Below, piece by piece: positions 9,396-19,475 of a stretch of 61,436 bases of DNA. The stretch lies in NCBI GenBank assembly GCA_041500265.1, contig JBGQLU010000002.1, positions 1 to 61,436 on the forward strand, written 5' to 3'. Positions within the stretch are counted from its first letter, which is position 1; each line of letters opens with the position of its first letter. The notes beneath the pieces were generated by a model. It searched no databases and was not told the DNA's origin. It worked only from the letters and a program-made list of their open reading frames with translations. The position numbers were made by a program, and so were the translations under genes. Origin of the DNA: Acidobacteriota bacterium. GTDB lineage: Bacteria > Acidobacteriota > Polarisedimenticolia > Polarisedimenticolales > DASRJG01.

Positions 9396-9603
9396 TCGGT
9401 TCAGCTCCCTACGATTTCGCCACGACCGGCACGCGGTCTGGGCCGGACGTCAAGACGATACGGTTGCGCCCGTTCCCGCGCAACAGCGCCGGGACCGTCA
9501 CCCCGACCTGCGCCTCGTGGCCCTCGCGGCGATGCGAGGGCGCCGGACCCGCATGCTAGAATTCGCCGCTTTCACGCCCATTACGACCAGGGAGGAGATT
9601 CCG

Positions 9604-12600
9604 ATGGTGGACTCGACCGAAGGGTCGGCGGAATCCGCCGGCCCCGCGCGGGTCGGCGTTCCCCTCGCGATCGTCCTCGTCATCTTCTTCCTGTCGGGCG
9701 CGACGGGACTCGTCTACGAGGTGGTGTGGACGAGAATGCTGACCCTCGTCTTCGGTCACACCATCTATGCCGTCAGCACCGTGCTCACCGCCTTCATGGC
9801 CGGCTTGGCCCTCGGAAGTTGGCTGTCGGGGAGGTTGGCGGACCGGCTGCGGAGGCCCCTGCGATCGTACGCCCTGCTGGAGCTCGCGATCGGCCTCTAC
9901 GCCCTCCTCATCCCGCTCCTCCTCGGCCGGCTGGATTTCGTTTTCAGGCCGATCTACTCCCACGTGCACGGCTCTTTCTACCTGTTCAGCATGATCCGGT
10001 TCGCCGCCTGCTTCCTGGTCCTCGTGCTTCCCACGACGCTGATGGGCGCGACGCTGCCGCTCCTGAGCCGGATCGTCGCCCCTGCAGCCGGCACCCTGGG
10101 GAAGCGCCTCGGCGCGCTCTACTCCGTCAACACCCTCGGCGCCGTGCTGGGATGCGCGGCCACCGGCTTCGTGTTGATTCGCGTGCTCGGCGTCCGCGAG
10201 ACCATCGCCGCGGCCGCCGGGCTCAACGTCCTCATCGCGGCCGCCGCGTGGCTCGTCTCGGCGCGGCCTATCGCCGCGGAGCTCATCCAGGAAGAATCTT
10301 CGCGAGATCCCCAGGAGGCGCCCTCGGCACTTTCACTGGGGCGCCGCCGGGCCGTTCTCGTCGCCTTCTTCGTCTCCGGCTTCGTCGCCCTTGCCCTCGA
10401 GGTTCTCTGGACGCGATCGCTGGTCTACACGTTCTTCCAGGGGAGCTCCACGTACGCCTTCACCACGATCCTGACCCTCTTCCTGGCCGGCCTGGGATTC
10501 GGCGCGCTCGTGGCGGCACCGTTCGCCGACCGTGCCCGGAATCCCCTGCGCTGGCTCGCCGCGGGCGAGCTGGTCATAGGCGTCTTCGCCATCGTTTCCC
10601 TTCCGCTCCTCGTGCATCTGGCACGAGCGCATGCGGGGCAGCTGCCGACCTACAGCTGGCTTTCGCTCACGCTGCGGGATTTCCTGAAGTCGGCGATCGT
10701 GATGGCGGCCCCGACGTTCGCGATGGGGGCGATCTTCCCGCTCATCGTCCGCGCCTACATCGCGGACGCCGCGGATGCGGCGCGGGGAATCGGGACGCTC
10801 TACGCGTTCAATACCGCGGGGGCGATCGGGGGCTCCTTCCTCGCCGGCTTCGTGCTCATCCCTTTCGTGGGGATGAGCACGAGCCTCATCGTCCTCGGGT
10901 CGGTGAGCGTCGTGATCGCGATCGGCCTCGTCGCCATCGATCCGGGAACGACGCGCGCCGTCAAGCTCGCAACCGCGGGAGCTTGCGGAGCCGGGCTCAT
11001 CGTGCTGGTCGCCGTTCTCCCCGCGAAGGCGGCCTTTCAGCAGGTCTTGGACGGCGAGCGACTCCTCTTCTACCGCGAGGGGGAGACCGCGACGGTCGCC
11101 GTGGTGCAGCTGCAGAGCGGCGAACGGCAGCTCAACATCGACAACGTCGGAGTCGCGGGCTCCAACATCGAGATGCTGACCGATCAGAAGAGTCTCGCCC
11201 ACGTCCCGGGCGTGCTCCATCCGCATCCCCGGCGTGTCCTCACCGTGGGGTTCGGAAGCGGTGGCACCTCCTGGTCGTTCACGACCTATCGCGACCTGGA
11301 GGCGATCCGATGCGTCGAGATCGCTCCCACGGTGGTGGCGGCGCACACGCAGTTCCCGGACTGCAACTTCGATCTCTTCAAGGACCCTCGCTACAAGGTC
11401 ATCTTCGAAGACGCCAGAAGCCTCCTGCGCCTCGACGACTCGAAGTACGACGTGATCTCCACCGACTGCACGGACCTTCAATACAAGAGCAACGCGGATC
11501 TCTACACCGTGGAGTACTTCGAGCAGTGCCGGCGGCGACTGAACGACGACGGGATCTTCGTCGTGTGGATGCCGCTCAGCGGGTTGACCGATACGAACTT
11601 CCGGGTGGTTCTGTCGACGTTCGTGCACGTCTATCCGGAGGGGACCGTCTGGTACCTGAACAACTACCCGACCCACTACCTCCTTCTCGTGGGGTGCGTC
11701 CGTCCGCTCACGATCGACTGGCCGCGGCTCGAGGAGCGGATCTCCCAGCCCGACGTCAAGCGGGATCTGGCCCTCATCGATTTGGCGGACCCGTACAAGC
11801 TCGCGAGCGGGTTTCTGATGGATGCGCCGACCTTGCGGCGCTTCGTCGCGGGGTATGCGCCCAACACCGAAGATCGCCCGGTGCTCGAATACGACGTCGC
11901 GAGGAACCTGGCGGGAGACGTGACCGGCAACCTCGAAACCCTCATCCGCGCGGCGGATTCGGTTCGCCCGCCGGTCGTGGGGATTCCCGCCGAGCGGACC
12001 GCCGAGGTGCGCGCCGGCCTCGATGCGCACCTGGCGGCGAGGCGCCACGTGCTCCGGGGCCACCTCGACTTTCGACGAGGCCGGGAAGACTTCGCCCGAT
12101 ACGAATACGAGAAGGCGCTCGCGATCACGCCTTCCGACGTCAGCCTGATGGCCCTCCTCGGAGTGGACGACCGGACGCGCGACCGCCTCCTCGCCCGGAT
12201 CGCCGCGGACCCCAAGGACCTCAAGGCTCGTTACGATCTGGCGTTCCTCTATCGCGGGCGCGGAGACTTCGCGAGGGCGCGAGCACTGCTATCGGAGATC
12301 CTCGCCGCCGATCCGCACTATCCCCTCGCGGCCGTGAACCTGGGTCTCACCTACGAGCGCGAGAATCGCTTCGACGATGCGGCGGAGGCCTACCGCGGAG
12401 TCCTCGTCTCGAATCCCAACCAGGACGCGCGCGCGATCGCGGAAGGGATGCTGAAGCTGAACGAGATGAAGCGGACGATCCGGGCGACCGCGGACCCCGC
12501 CGCCGAAGCTACCGCGTTGAACGCGCTGGCCGATCGCTACGCGGGCCTCGGCGACCCGATCGAAGGAGTCCGCGTCATCGAGGAGTACGCCGCGCGGCGG

Positions 12601-13005
12601 GAAACTCCCGAAGTCCTCGGCGTGCTCGTGGAGCGGTGCCTGGCCCTGGGTTTGACGGACGACGCCGCCGAGGCCTGCCAGCGCTGGTTGCGGCTCCGCC
12701 CCGAGGCGCCCGAGCCGCACTATTACCTGCTGAAGGCGTACTACAACGGCGGGCTGCTCGATCGCGCGGCGGAGGAGTTCGCCGCCGCGAGGGCCGCCGC
12801 GTCCGAAGAGCCCGCGATCTGGTATCTGGGCGCCCGGGTCTTCGCCCGCCTCGGGAAGACGGACGAGGCCGCCGAGGCCCTGGGCAAGGCGCTGTCGCTC
12901 GGGGGACGCCCGATGCTCGAGCTCGCCATCGCGGATCCCGTGATGGTGGGGAGTCCGGCCCTCCGCAAGGTCCTCGCGATGCCCTCGGGCGGTAGCGCTC
13001 CGTAG
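9604..13005 (+). CDS. fused MFS-like membrane domain / spermidine-synthase-like domain / C-terminal TPR protein (paralog 1)
   Basis: Start trimmed to ATG 9604, with GGAGGAG 8 nt upstream. N-terminus FFLSGATGLVYEVVWTRMLTLVFGHTIYAVSTVLTAFMAGLALGS plus about 12 TM segments. Methyltransferase-fold block VLTVGFGSGGTS...YDVISTDCTDL...DDGIFVVW, then TPR-like repeats to the C-terminus. Confidence 0.8.
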   Translation: MVDSTEGSAESAGPARVGVPLAIVLVIFFLSGATGLVYEVVWTRMLTLVFGHTIYAVSTVLTAFMAGLALGSWLSGRLADRLRRPLRSYALLELAIGLYALLIPLLLGRLDFVFRPIYSHVHGSFYLFSMIRFAACFLVLVLPTTLMGATLPLLSRIVAPAAGTLGKRLGALYSVNTLGAVLGCAATGFVLIRVLGVRETIAAAAGLNVLIAAAAWLVSARPIAAELIQEESSRDPQEAPSALSLGRRRAVLVAFFVSGFVALALEVLWTRSLVYTFFQGSSTYAFTTILTLFLAGLGFGALVAAPFADRARNPLRWLAAGELVIGVFAIVSLPLLVHLARAHAGQLPTYSWLSLTLRDFLKSAIVMAAPTFAMGAIFPLIVRAYIADAADAARGIGTLYAFNTAGAIGGSFLAGFVLIPFVGMSTSLIVLGSVSVVIAIGLVAIDPGTTRAVKLATAGACGAGLIVLVAVLPAKAAFQQVLDGERLLFYREGETATVAVVQLQSGERQLNIDNVGVAGSNIEMLTDQKSLAHVPGVLHPHPRRVLTVGFGSGGTSWSFTTYRDLEAIRCVEIAPTVVAAHTQFPDCNFDLFKDPRYKVIFEDARSLLRLDDSKYDVISTDCTDLQYKSNADLYTVEYFEQCRRRLNDDGIFVVWMPLSGLTDTNFRVVLSTFVHVYPEGTVWYLNNYPTHYLLLVGCVRPLTIDWPRLEERISQPDVKRDLALIDLADPYKLASGFLMDAPTLRRFVAGYAPNTEDRPVLEYDVARNLAGDVTGNLETLIRAADSVRPPVVGIPAERTAEVRAGLDAHLAARRHVLRGHLDFRRGREDFARYEYEKALAITPSDVSLMALLGVDDRTRDRLLARIAADPKDLKARYDLAFLYRGRGDFARARALLSEILAADPHYPLAAVNLGLTYERENRFDDAAEAYRGVLVSNPNQDARAIAEGMLKLNEMKRTIRATADPAAEATALNALADRYAGLGDPIEGVRVIEEYAARRETPEVLGVLVERCLALGLTDDAAEACQRWLRLRPEAPEPHYYLLKAYYNGGLLDRAAEEFAAARAAASEEPAIWYLGARVFARLGKTDEAAEALGKALSLGGRPMLELAIADPVMVGSPALRKVLAMPSGGSAP

Positions 13006-13025
13006 GGCCGGGCCGGCAGCGCGGA

Positions 13026-13529
13026 TCAGGGCGGATCGAAGACTTTGTCGGCGATCTTCGAGAACCACCGCGCCGGTCCGCCGCCTACCGGGTACCGCTG
13101 GCCGTTCCGTTCCACCGTATGGCAGACCAGCGTCGTGCCTCCGGCCTCGACCTCGAGCTGGTCCACGTCATGGACGTCCACCTTGCTCGTCGCGCTTCCC
13201 GTGCGTGAGCTCTCCACCATCAGGCGACCGGTCTTCTCGTCGATCCACGTTCGAAACACGTAGTCGGACACTTTCTTCCCGTCGACGGTTTCGACGCACC
13301 GCCCGTCCCAGCCACAGCGGACCAGCCAACTCTCGTCCTTCGTCGTCTGGCTCCAGCGAAAGAGATACCGGTCCCCGCGCTTCAGGATCGAGATCGTCGA
13401 GCGGACACGGTCGTTCCCGCGCTGCCAGGTCCCCTCGTACCCCCTATCGGTGATGCGCGGCCGGCTCCGGCACGCCAGCACGAGCGAGACGAGCATCACC
13501 ATCTGCCCCGTTCGAACGAACCATCTCAA
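13026..13529 (-). CDS. hypothetical small exported protein or lipoprotein
   Basis: 167-aa ORF. TTG start 8 nt after GGAGGAG. N-terminal hydrophobic segment ending in ...LVLAC (lipobox-like). I recognise no family. Confidence 0.55.
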   Translation of the reverse strand: MRWFVRTGQMVMLVSLVLACRSRPRITDRGYEGTWQRGNDRVRSTISILKRGDRYLFRWSQTTKDESWLVRCGWDGRCVETVDGKKVSDYVFRTWIDEKTGRLMVESSRTGSATSKVDVHDVDQLEVEAGGTTLVCHTVERNGQRYPVGGGPARWFSKIADKVFDPP

Positions 13530-13548
13530 CGTGCTCTCCTCCGCTCGC

Positions 13549-15327
13549 TCAGGGGGTGGCTACGCGGGCCGGCTCGACCGCGAGACGTTCCCGCAGCGCG
13601 GGGTCCAGCGTCACCCCCGAGCTCTCGGCGCGAGCGGCTTCCGCCCGTGCCCCGGTCAGGTCGCCCGAGGACATCAGGGCGACGATCAGGTTGTTCCAGC
13701 ATCCGGTGGCACCCGGGTCGGCGTCGATCGCCGCGCGCAGGAGTCCGATCGCTTCGGCCTGGGCGCCGCGCAGGACGAGGATCGACGAGAGGTTCTCCGA
13801 GGCTCCCGGATCCGCGGGGTAGATCCGCAAGACCTCGCGGTAGCTCGCTTCCGCGTCCCCGGTCCGTCCCGCGGCGGTCTGAATCGCGGCGAGGTTGAGC
13901 CGAGCCACCCGCTGGGCCGGATCGAGCCGCAGCGCGAGCCGGGCGTCGCGCTCGCCGGATGGGAGGTCCCCCGCCTTTTTCCAGGATCCCGCGCGGTTGG
14001 CGAGGGCGGCCGCTCGCTCGGCGATCCGAAGGTCGGCGAAGGGCACCGACAGCGAGATCGCGGCCGATAGCCCACCGGCGACGATCGCGACCGGGAGGCG
14101 GCGCCGGGACTGCGGCAGGGACGTATCGAACAGTGCGGCGAGCCCGGCCCCGGCCGGGATGCACAACAACGCCGCCAGCGGCAGGCGATAACGGCTCGAC
14201 ACGTAGAACAGCACCGGGGTCGATGCCGCGGCGGCGATCGCCCCCCACACCGGCCAGCCTCCGGTCCCCTTTGCGCCGGCGAGGATGACGCCCGCGACGG
14301 CAAGGCCGAGAATGGCCGCGAACGGTACCGGCGCCGCCCGGCGCCAAGGGTTCTCGTCGAGCGCGGGGGCGTAATCCACGCTGTGCTCGTGGTTGTCGAG
14401 CGTCAGCAGCACGCGGCGTCCGAGCAGCCGGATCGTGCCGACCGGATCCTGCGCGCGCGAGCGAACCGCCTGGCGGCCCCACCAGAGATCGGCCTCCACG
14501 GGATCGAGGTCGTTCCCGGAGAGCAGCTTCGCGCGGCGCGTCGCCTCATCGCGCTGGGTCGAAAGATCCCCCGAGAACCCGGGGGCCGGCGCGTAGATTC
14601 CGAGCGCCCCGGGGCCGTTCCCGTGGTACAGGGTCATGCCGCCGTTCGACGACACCAGAACCAGGTGCCCCGACGAGGCCAGGTTCCTGAGCGCCACGGG
14701 CGCGATCGCGAGCGCGATCCCGCCGACGAGGAGGACGGCGCGAGCGAGGCGGTGCCGCATCGCGGCGCCGATGGCCCAAGGCACCGCCACCAGGAGGAAG
14801 TTCGGGCGCGCGAGGGCGGCCGCCCCGGCGGCAACGCCCCCCCACCAGGCCCCGCCCCGCGAATCGACCCCGGCAGCCGCCACCGCGGCCGCGATCAGAA
14901 GGAGGGCGAGCGGCTCGCCGATCGGGGACGACGCGAAAAAGACCGAGGGATGGTAGAAGACGAAGAGGGCCGCGGCGCCGAGGCCCGCGATGTCCCCCGC
15001 GATCCGCCGCGAGGCGATCGCGAGCGCGGCCGCGGCGCCGAGCACGAACAGATGTTGGACGAGGTAGATCAGGGTGAATCGCTCCCCGAACGCCCCGAGG
15101 ATCGCCGCCAGGAGATACGGGAAGAGGGGGGCGAGGTAGAACGCGCCGGGAACACCACCCGAGCCCGAGGCGATCGATCGAGCCCACGTCAGGTAATACC
15201 CGCCGTCGAGCAGCGGGTGGGCGAACGCGGGGTCGGAAGCCGGCTGGGCGAGAACGTACCCGAGCCGGAGGACGAGCGCGGCCACGAGGACGGCGCCGAG
15301 CGCCACGACGAAGCGGCCCCGTTGCAT
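13549..15327 (-). CDS. GT-C fold membrane glycosyltransferase (ArnT/PMT, GT39-like) with C-terminal TPR repeats
   Basis: Start trimmed to ATG 15327, 4 nt after the upstream stop. MQRGRFVVALGAVLVAALVLRLGYV...HPLLDGGYYLTWARSI..., about 11 TM segments, then a TPR-like tail. The upstream part of the 774-aa ORF overlaps the preceding gene. Confidence 0.7.
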   Translation of the reverse strand: MQRGRFVVALGAVLVAALVLRLGYVLAQPASDPAFAHPLLDGGYYLTWARSIASGSGGVPGAFYLAPLFPYLLAAILGAFGERFTLIYLVQHLFVLGAAAALAIASRRIAGDIAGLGAAALFVFYHPSVFFASSPIGEPLALLLIAAAVAAAGVDSRGGAWWGGVAAGAAALARPNFLLVAVPWAIGAAMRHRLARAVLLVGGIALAIAPVALRNLASSGHLVLVSSNGGMTLYHGNGPGALGIYAPAPGFSGDLSTQRDEATRRAKLLSGNDLDPVEADLWWGRQAVRSRAQDPVGTIRLLGRRVLLTLDNHEHSVDYAPALDENPWRRAAPVPFAAILGLAVAGVILAGAKGTGGWPVWGAIAAAASTPVLFYVSSRYRLPLAALLCIPAGAGLAALFDTSLPQSRRRLPVAIVAGGLSAAISLSVPFADLRIAERAAALANRAGSWKKAGDLPSGERDARLALRLDPAQRVARLNLAAIQTAAGRTGDAEASYREVLRIYPADPGASENLSSILVLRGAQAEAIGLLRAAIDADPGATGCWNNLIVALMSSGDLTGARAEAARAESSGVTLDPALRERLAVEPARVATP

Positions 15328-15331
15328 CACC

Positions 15332-18300
15332 TCACCGCCGCGAAGGACTGCCGTCCGATTCGGGGGCGCTGCTCGCGCGGGTCCGGGCCTCGTCACGAGC
15401 GCGCAGGACGTCGGGCGCCGCCTCGCCGAGGCGAACGGCCTCGTCGAGCTGGGCCACGGCTTCTCGCGGACGACCGGAGTCGAGGAGCAGGCGGCCGAGC
15501 AACACCCGCGGAACGGAGAGGGTGGGAACGCGCTCCACGGCTTTCCGGTAGAGCGCTTCGGCGTCGGCCGTCCTGCCTTGGGCCTGACGAACCAAGCCGA
15601 GCCGGTAGAGCGTCCCCGCCCGATCCGGCTGGAGCTGCTGCGCGCGCTCGAGCGCCTCGGCGGCTTCGTCGAGCGTCCCGAGGTGCAGGTCCGCCTCGCC
15701 GAGCCCGAGGAGCGCGTCGATGCGGTCGGGCTCGAACTCCAGGGCGTTGGCGAACGCCGCTCGCGCTTCCCCGAAGTTGCCGGCGCGAAGATACGCGACA
15801 CCCACCTCCCCCGACAGCGTGGCGGCGAGGTTCTGCGCGAATCGGTTCCCCACCCGCGCCACCGGCGTGGCAAGGAAGAGGGCTTCGGCGATCTGATGCT
15901 CGCCGGCCAGAACCTGGGCCTGAACCGTGGCGTCGCACCCCGCGGCGAGCGCCACGAACGAGGGCCGATCGGGCTCCGGTATCCCCAAGATCTTGGCGCG
16001 AGCGTCGGCGTCGGGGCGCAGCGCGCTGAGCGCCTTCAGGTTCGGCCCGGTGGTCGCGGTGAAGGCCGACCGCGGCGCCGAGTACTCGAGACGAGGCCGG
16101 TCCTCGGTGTTGAGCGCCGCGTCACCGGCGAACCGCCGGACCGCGGCATCGTCCAGCTGAAAGAAGGACAACAGCTCCAGCGGCCCGCGGACGCCGATTC
16201 CGGACAGGTCGCCGGCGACCTCGGGCCGTGCGAGACGGCGGGCCAGCTCCGCTTGATCGACGGGAGGGAACGGATCGACGCTCCCGAGAGCAACGAGGCT
16301 CGTCCCGACGGCGAAGACCCTGACGTTGGGGAACACCGAGGAAAAGGTCCGAAGGATGACCCTGAGATCGCCGGTGGGGAGATGCCAGACCGGCGCGAAC
16401 TGGCACATGATCCCCCCCGGCGCGAGGCGGTCGCGGCACGCGCGGAAGTACTCCTCGCTGTAGAGGGCTCCCGAGCCGGTCAGCGCCGGGATGTTCGGGT
16501 GCGCCGAGATGACGTCGTACCGTTCGCGCGTCATCTTGAGGAAGTTCTTGCCGTCGTCAACGCGAAGGTCGAGTGCGGGGTGCCGAAGCACGCCGTGGTT
16601 CTCCACGTCGAACAGGGCGCCCGCCTTGAGCACGCCGGCTTCCAGCTCGACGACCGTGAGCCTCTCGGGGGCGTAGAGGCCCATCACCCCCGCGGTGATC
16701 CCCGCGCCGAGCCCGACCACGCACACCTTGCGAACCGGGCCGGCATGGAGCGCCATCGGAATGTGTCCGAGCAGCTTCTGCGCCATCCGGTCCTCGAGCC
16801 GGTCGGAGGCGGTCACGCTCCCGTTGACGCTGAGCGACTTTCCCTCCGGGGTCCGGTAGACGATCGCCGTCTCGTTGTACCCCTCGACGACACTGAGCAT
16901 CTCCCGGTCGGCCACGACTTGCCCGAGGATCACCCGGCCGCTCGCGTCGAAGAAGTGCTCGGGATCGCGGTACGCCCCCGCGCCGACGACCCGCATGTCC
17001 CACGCGGGAGCGAAGACGAGGATCGCCGCGGTCACCACCAGCGCCAGGCCGCACGGGAGCGCCCAGCGCGGGCGGATCGGTCCCCCTTCGGCCAGCAACC
17101 CCGTGAAGGCCAGGGCCAACGCCACGCCGGCGACCGCTTTCAGCGCCATCGCCGAGCCCACGGTCGGAAGAAGCAGGAACCCCGCGCAGAACGACCCTGC
17201 GATGGCTCCCGCGGTGTTCCACGCGTACACGCGGGCGATCGCCGTTCCGACGGCGCCGCCGCGAGACGCCGCGAGCCGGACGACGAGCGGGAACGTGGCG
17301 CCGAAGGCGAGCGCCGGCGGAAGGAGGACGAGAATCGAGATCAGGAACTTCGCCCACGTCATCCCCGCGAAGTCCATTCCCGACGAGCCGAGGAACCAGA
17401 GGAAGAGGCCGGGCATGGCGTCGACCGCCAGGTAGCCGAGGAGAGCCGCGACCCCCGCGGCGGCCTGACAGAGCACCAGCAGCCGCACGGGAAAACGGGT
17501 CCGGTCGCCCAGCGGTCCGATGGCGAGGGAGCCGAGCGCCAGCCCGAGGAGGAAGACCGCGAGCATCGCGCTGAACGAGTAGACGGTGCTCCCGAAGACG
17601 AGCACGAGAACGCGGAACCAGGCGACCTCGAGAGCGAGCGCGGCCATCCCGCTGCCGAACGCGACGAGGTGAAGCCAGGCCAGAGGAGTCTCCCCTCCAG
17701 CCTCGCTGACGGTCCGGGCAGCCGGGCCCGCGGCGAGGGTCGGCTCGGAACCCGGCGATCGGCGATCGAGAAGGAGCGCCGCCACGGCGACGGCGGCGTT
17801 GCCGAGAACGGCCACGAGCGTCGTCCCGCGAAGGCCGAGCGCCGGGATCAGCACGAACCCCGAGAGGAGGCACCCCGCCGCGGCGCCGAAGGTGTTGACG
17901 AAGTAGAGGAGCGCGACGCCCCGGCCCACCCCCTCGGCCTTCCTCAGCAGCGACTGCCCCAGCGCGGGCAGCGTGGCGCCCATGAGCGCCGTCGGAACGA
18001 GGAGCACGGCCAGGCAGAGCACGAAGCGAACGGCCGAGCGGAGGAAGAACGCGTCGGCGAGGGACGGGTACACCGCGGCGTACACGCGGTCGACGCCGGA
18101 GAGCAGCGCCGGCAAGACGAGCGCGTAAGCCCCGACGCCGGCTTCGAGCAGCGCGAAGACGCGCAGCGGGCGCCCGACCCTCGCGGCACGCCGCCCGAAC
18201 GCGGCGGCGCCCGCCGCCATCCCCCCCATGAAAGCGACCAGAACCGTGCTGACCGCGAAGGCAGTGACGCCGAACACCTCGACCAGCAAGCGGCTCCAGA

Positions 18301-18397
18301 CGACCTCGTAGACGAGCGCACAGCCTCCGCTCAAGGTGAACAGGAGGGCTACGAGGGCGAACGAAGGTGGGAGCGGGCGGGCTTCGGACGACGTCAT
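15332..18397 (-). CDS. fused MFS-like / spermidine-synthase-like / TPR protein (paralog 2)
   Basis: 1021 aa. LFTLSGGCALVYEVVWSRLLVEVFGVTAFAVSTVLVAFMGGMAAG closely parallels the N-terminus of the 9604 gene. VCVVGLGAGITAG...YDVISAHP...PGGIMCQF block, then a TPR tail. Confidence 0.8.
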   Translation of the reverse strand: MTSSEARPLPPSFALVALLFTLSGGCALVYEVVWSRLLVEVFGVTAFAVSTVLVAFMGGMAAGAAAFGRRAARVGRPLRVFALLEAGVGAYALVLPALLSGVDRVYAAVYPSLADAFFLRSAVRFVLCLAVLLVPTALMGATLPALGQSLLRKAEGVGRGVALLYFVNTFGAAAGCLLSGFVLIPALGLRGTTLVAVLGNAAVAVAALLLDRRSPGSEPTLAAGPAARTVSEAGGETPLAWLHLVAFGSGMAALALEVAWFRVLVLVFGSTVYSFSAMLAVFLLGLALGSLAIGPLGDRTRFPVRLLVLCQAAAGVAALLGYLAVDAMPGLFLWFLGSSGMDFAGMTWAKFLISILVLLPPALAFGATFPLVVRLAASRGGAVGTAIARVYAWNTAGAIAGSFCAGFLLLPTVGSAMALKAVAGVALALAFTGLLAEGGPIRPRWALPCGLALVVTAAILVFAPAWDMRVVGAGAYRDPEHFFDASGRVILGQVVADREMLSVVEGYNETAIVYRTPEGKSLSVNGSVTASDRLEDRMAQKLLGHIPMALHAGPVRKVCVVGLGAGITAGVMGLYAPERLTVVELEAGVLKAGALFDVENHGVLRHPALDLRVDDGKNFLKMTRERYDVISAHPNIPALTGSGALYSEEYFRACRDRLAPGGIMCQFAPVWHLPTGDLRVILRTFSSVFPNVRVFAVGTSLVALGSVDPFPPVDQAELARRLARPEVAGDLSGIGVRGPLELLSFFQLDDAAVRRFAGDAALNTEDRPRLEYSAPRSAFTATTGPNLKALSALRPDADARAKILGIPEPDRPSFVALAAGCDATVQAQVLAGEHQIAEALFLATPVARVGNRFAQNLAATLSGEVGVAYLRAGNFGEARAAFANALEFEPDRIDALLGLGEADLHLGTLDEAAEALERAQQLQPDRAGTLYRLGLVRQAQGRTADAEALYRKAVERVPTLSVPRVLLGRLLLDSGRPREAVAQLDEAVRLGEAAPDVLRARDEARTRASSAPESDGSPSRR

Positions 18398-18432
18398 CTC
18401 GACTCGAAGGATAGCGGGAGGCGCCGGAAGTT

Positions 18433-18470
18433 GAAACGAAAAGGGCCGCGGAGCTTTCGCTCCGCGGCCC
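18433..18470 (-). terminator. rho-independent terminator after the secreted-protein cassette
   Basis: Perfect 12-bp stem GGGCCGCGGAGC / GCTCCGCGGCCC (18443-18454 / 18459-18470) with a 4-nt loop. On the minus strand it is followed by TTTTCGTTTC. Confidence 0.7.
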
Positions 18471-18510
18471 TCCTCATGTTGCGTTTACGTGAGCTGCTCG
18501 GTCTCGTGCC

Positions 18511-19452
18511 TCAGTTCGGCTGAACCTTGGCCGGGCCGACCTTCTTGTCGATCACCTTGAACTTCGGTCCGGGATCGGCCAGCGTCGGATCGCACTCGAC
18601 CTTGGTCGAACCGGCGCCGACGAAATTCGGAATGAAGCCGCCGTCGAGCTTCGGACGGAGCGCCAGCGTGGCGGTGTTGTTCGCGGTCGTCGTGCAGGCG
18701 AAGCTGACGGACGCCGTGTTGGCAGTGTTCCCTGCGACCGTTCCGACCACCGACCACGCTGTCGAGGCGCGGTTGGCGTCGGCCGAACCGTCTGACTTCA
18801 GCTTCTCGAGCTTGACGACGTCCCAGCCGGTGATCGCGAGGGGGCACTGGCCGGAGTTGCTCCAGTCATTGCACAGCCCAGCAGGAATGTTCCACGTCAT
18901 GGTGACGTTCCGGGTCGTGCCGGTGTGGCTCGACGCGGTGATCGTCGGCTTCGGGATCTCGACCAGATTAGGAGCGCCGCCCTGCGCGAAGTCCATCTTG
19001 AGGTTTGCGCAGGTACCCTGTTGGGTCACGGCGATGGTCATGTAGGCGTGCCGGCCGTCGGCCGACTTGTCGTACATCGCGAGCGCTACTTTGCCGCCGT
19101 CGACCGGGCAGCCGTCGGTCGTACCCAAGTCCGTCCCCCAGCCGGCAGTGAGGTGACCGGGTGTGCCGAAATTGACGAACCAGGGCTGGGATCCATTGGT
19201 GCCGTCGGGCTCGTAGTTTCCGTTGTCTTTGCCAAGGCCGACGGCGGCGTTTCCCGCGCCGATCTGCCAGTAGTCGCCCTGGATCGAGCCGAGACCGACG
19301 CCAGGGTCGGCAAACACACCGTAGTAGTCAGGCCCGCAGGATGCGTACGTACCCATCGACTGGTTGGTGCCGCACGTGGCGCCGGCCGGCGTCGCGGCGA
19401 CGACGGCAACGGCAGCCACCGCCAGCAGTGTGAACAGAGTGCGCTTGGTCAT
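18511..19452 (-). CDS. hypothetical secreted Cys-containing protein
   Basis: 313 aa. Signal peptide MTKRTLFTLLAVAAVAVVAATPAGA, ATG start with GGGGAGG upstream, 10 Cys, and a Lys-rich C-terminal tail. No family recognised. Noticeably lower GC than its neighbours. Confidence 0.7.
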   Translation of the reverse strand: MTKRTLFTLLAVAAVAVVAATPAGATCGTNQSMGTYASCGPDYYGVFADPGVGLGSIQGDYWQIGAGNAAVGLGKDNGNYEPDGTNGSQPWFVNFGTPGHLTAGWGTDLGTTDGCPVDGGKVALAMYDKSADGRHAYMTIAVTQQGTCANLKMDFAQGGAPNLVEIPKPTITASSHTGTTRNVTMTWNIPAGLCNDWSNSGQCPLAITGWDVVKLEKLKSDGSADANRASTAWSVVGTVAGNTANTASVSFACTTTANNTATLALRPKLDGGFIPNFVGAGSTKVECDPTLADPGPKFKVIDKKVGPAKVQPN

Positions 19453-19475
19453 GATCTCAGTATCCTCCCCTGGTC

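Noticed and set aside
8730-12995. Very long alternative-frame or antisense ORFs, for example 8730..12995 (1421 aa), 20655..24638 (1327 aa), 46888..50652 (1254 aa), 6235..8406, 15578..18523 and 631..2133.
   Set aside because: Their translations are Arg/Pro/Gly/Ala-rich low-complexity strings with no motifs. They overlap ORFs that have clear family signatures. These are the classic shadow ORFs of high-GC DNA.
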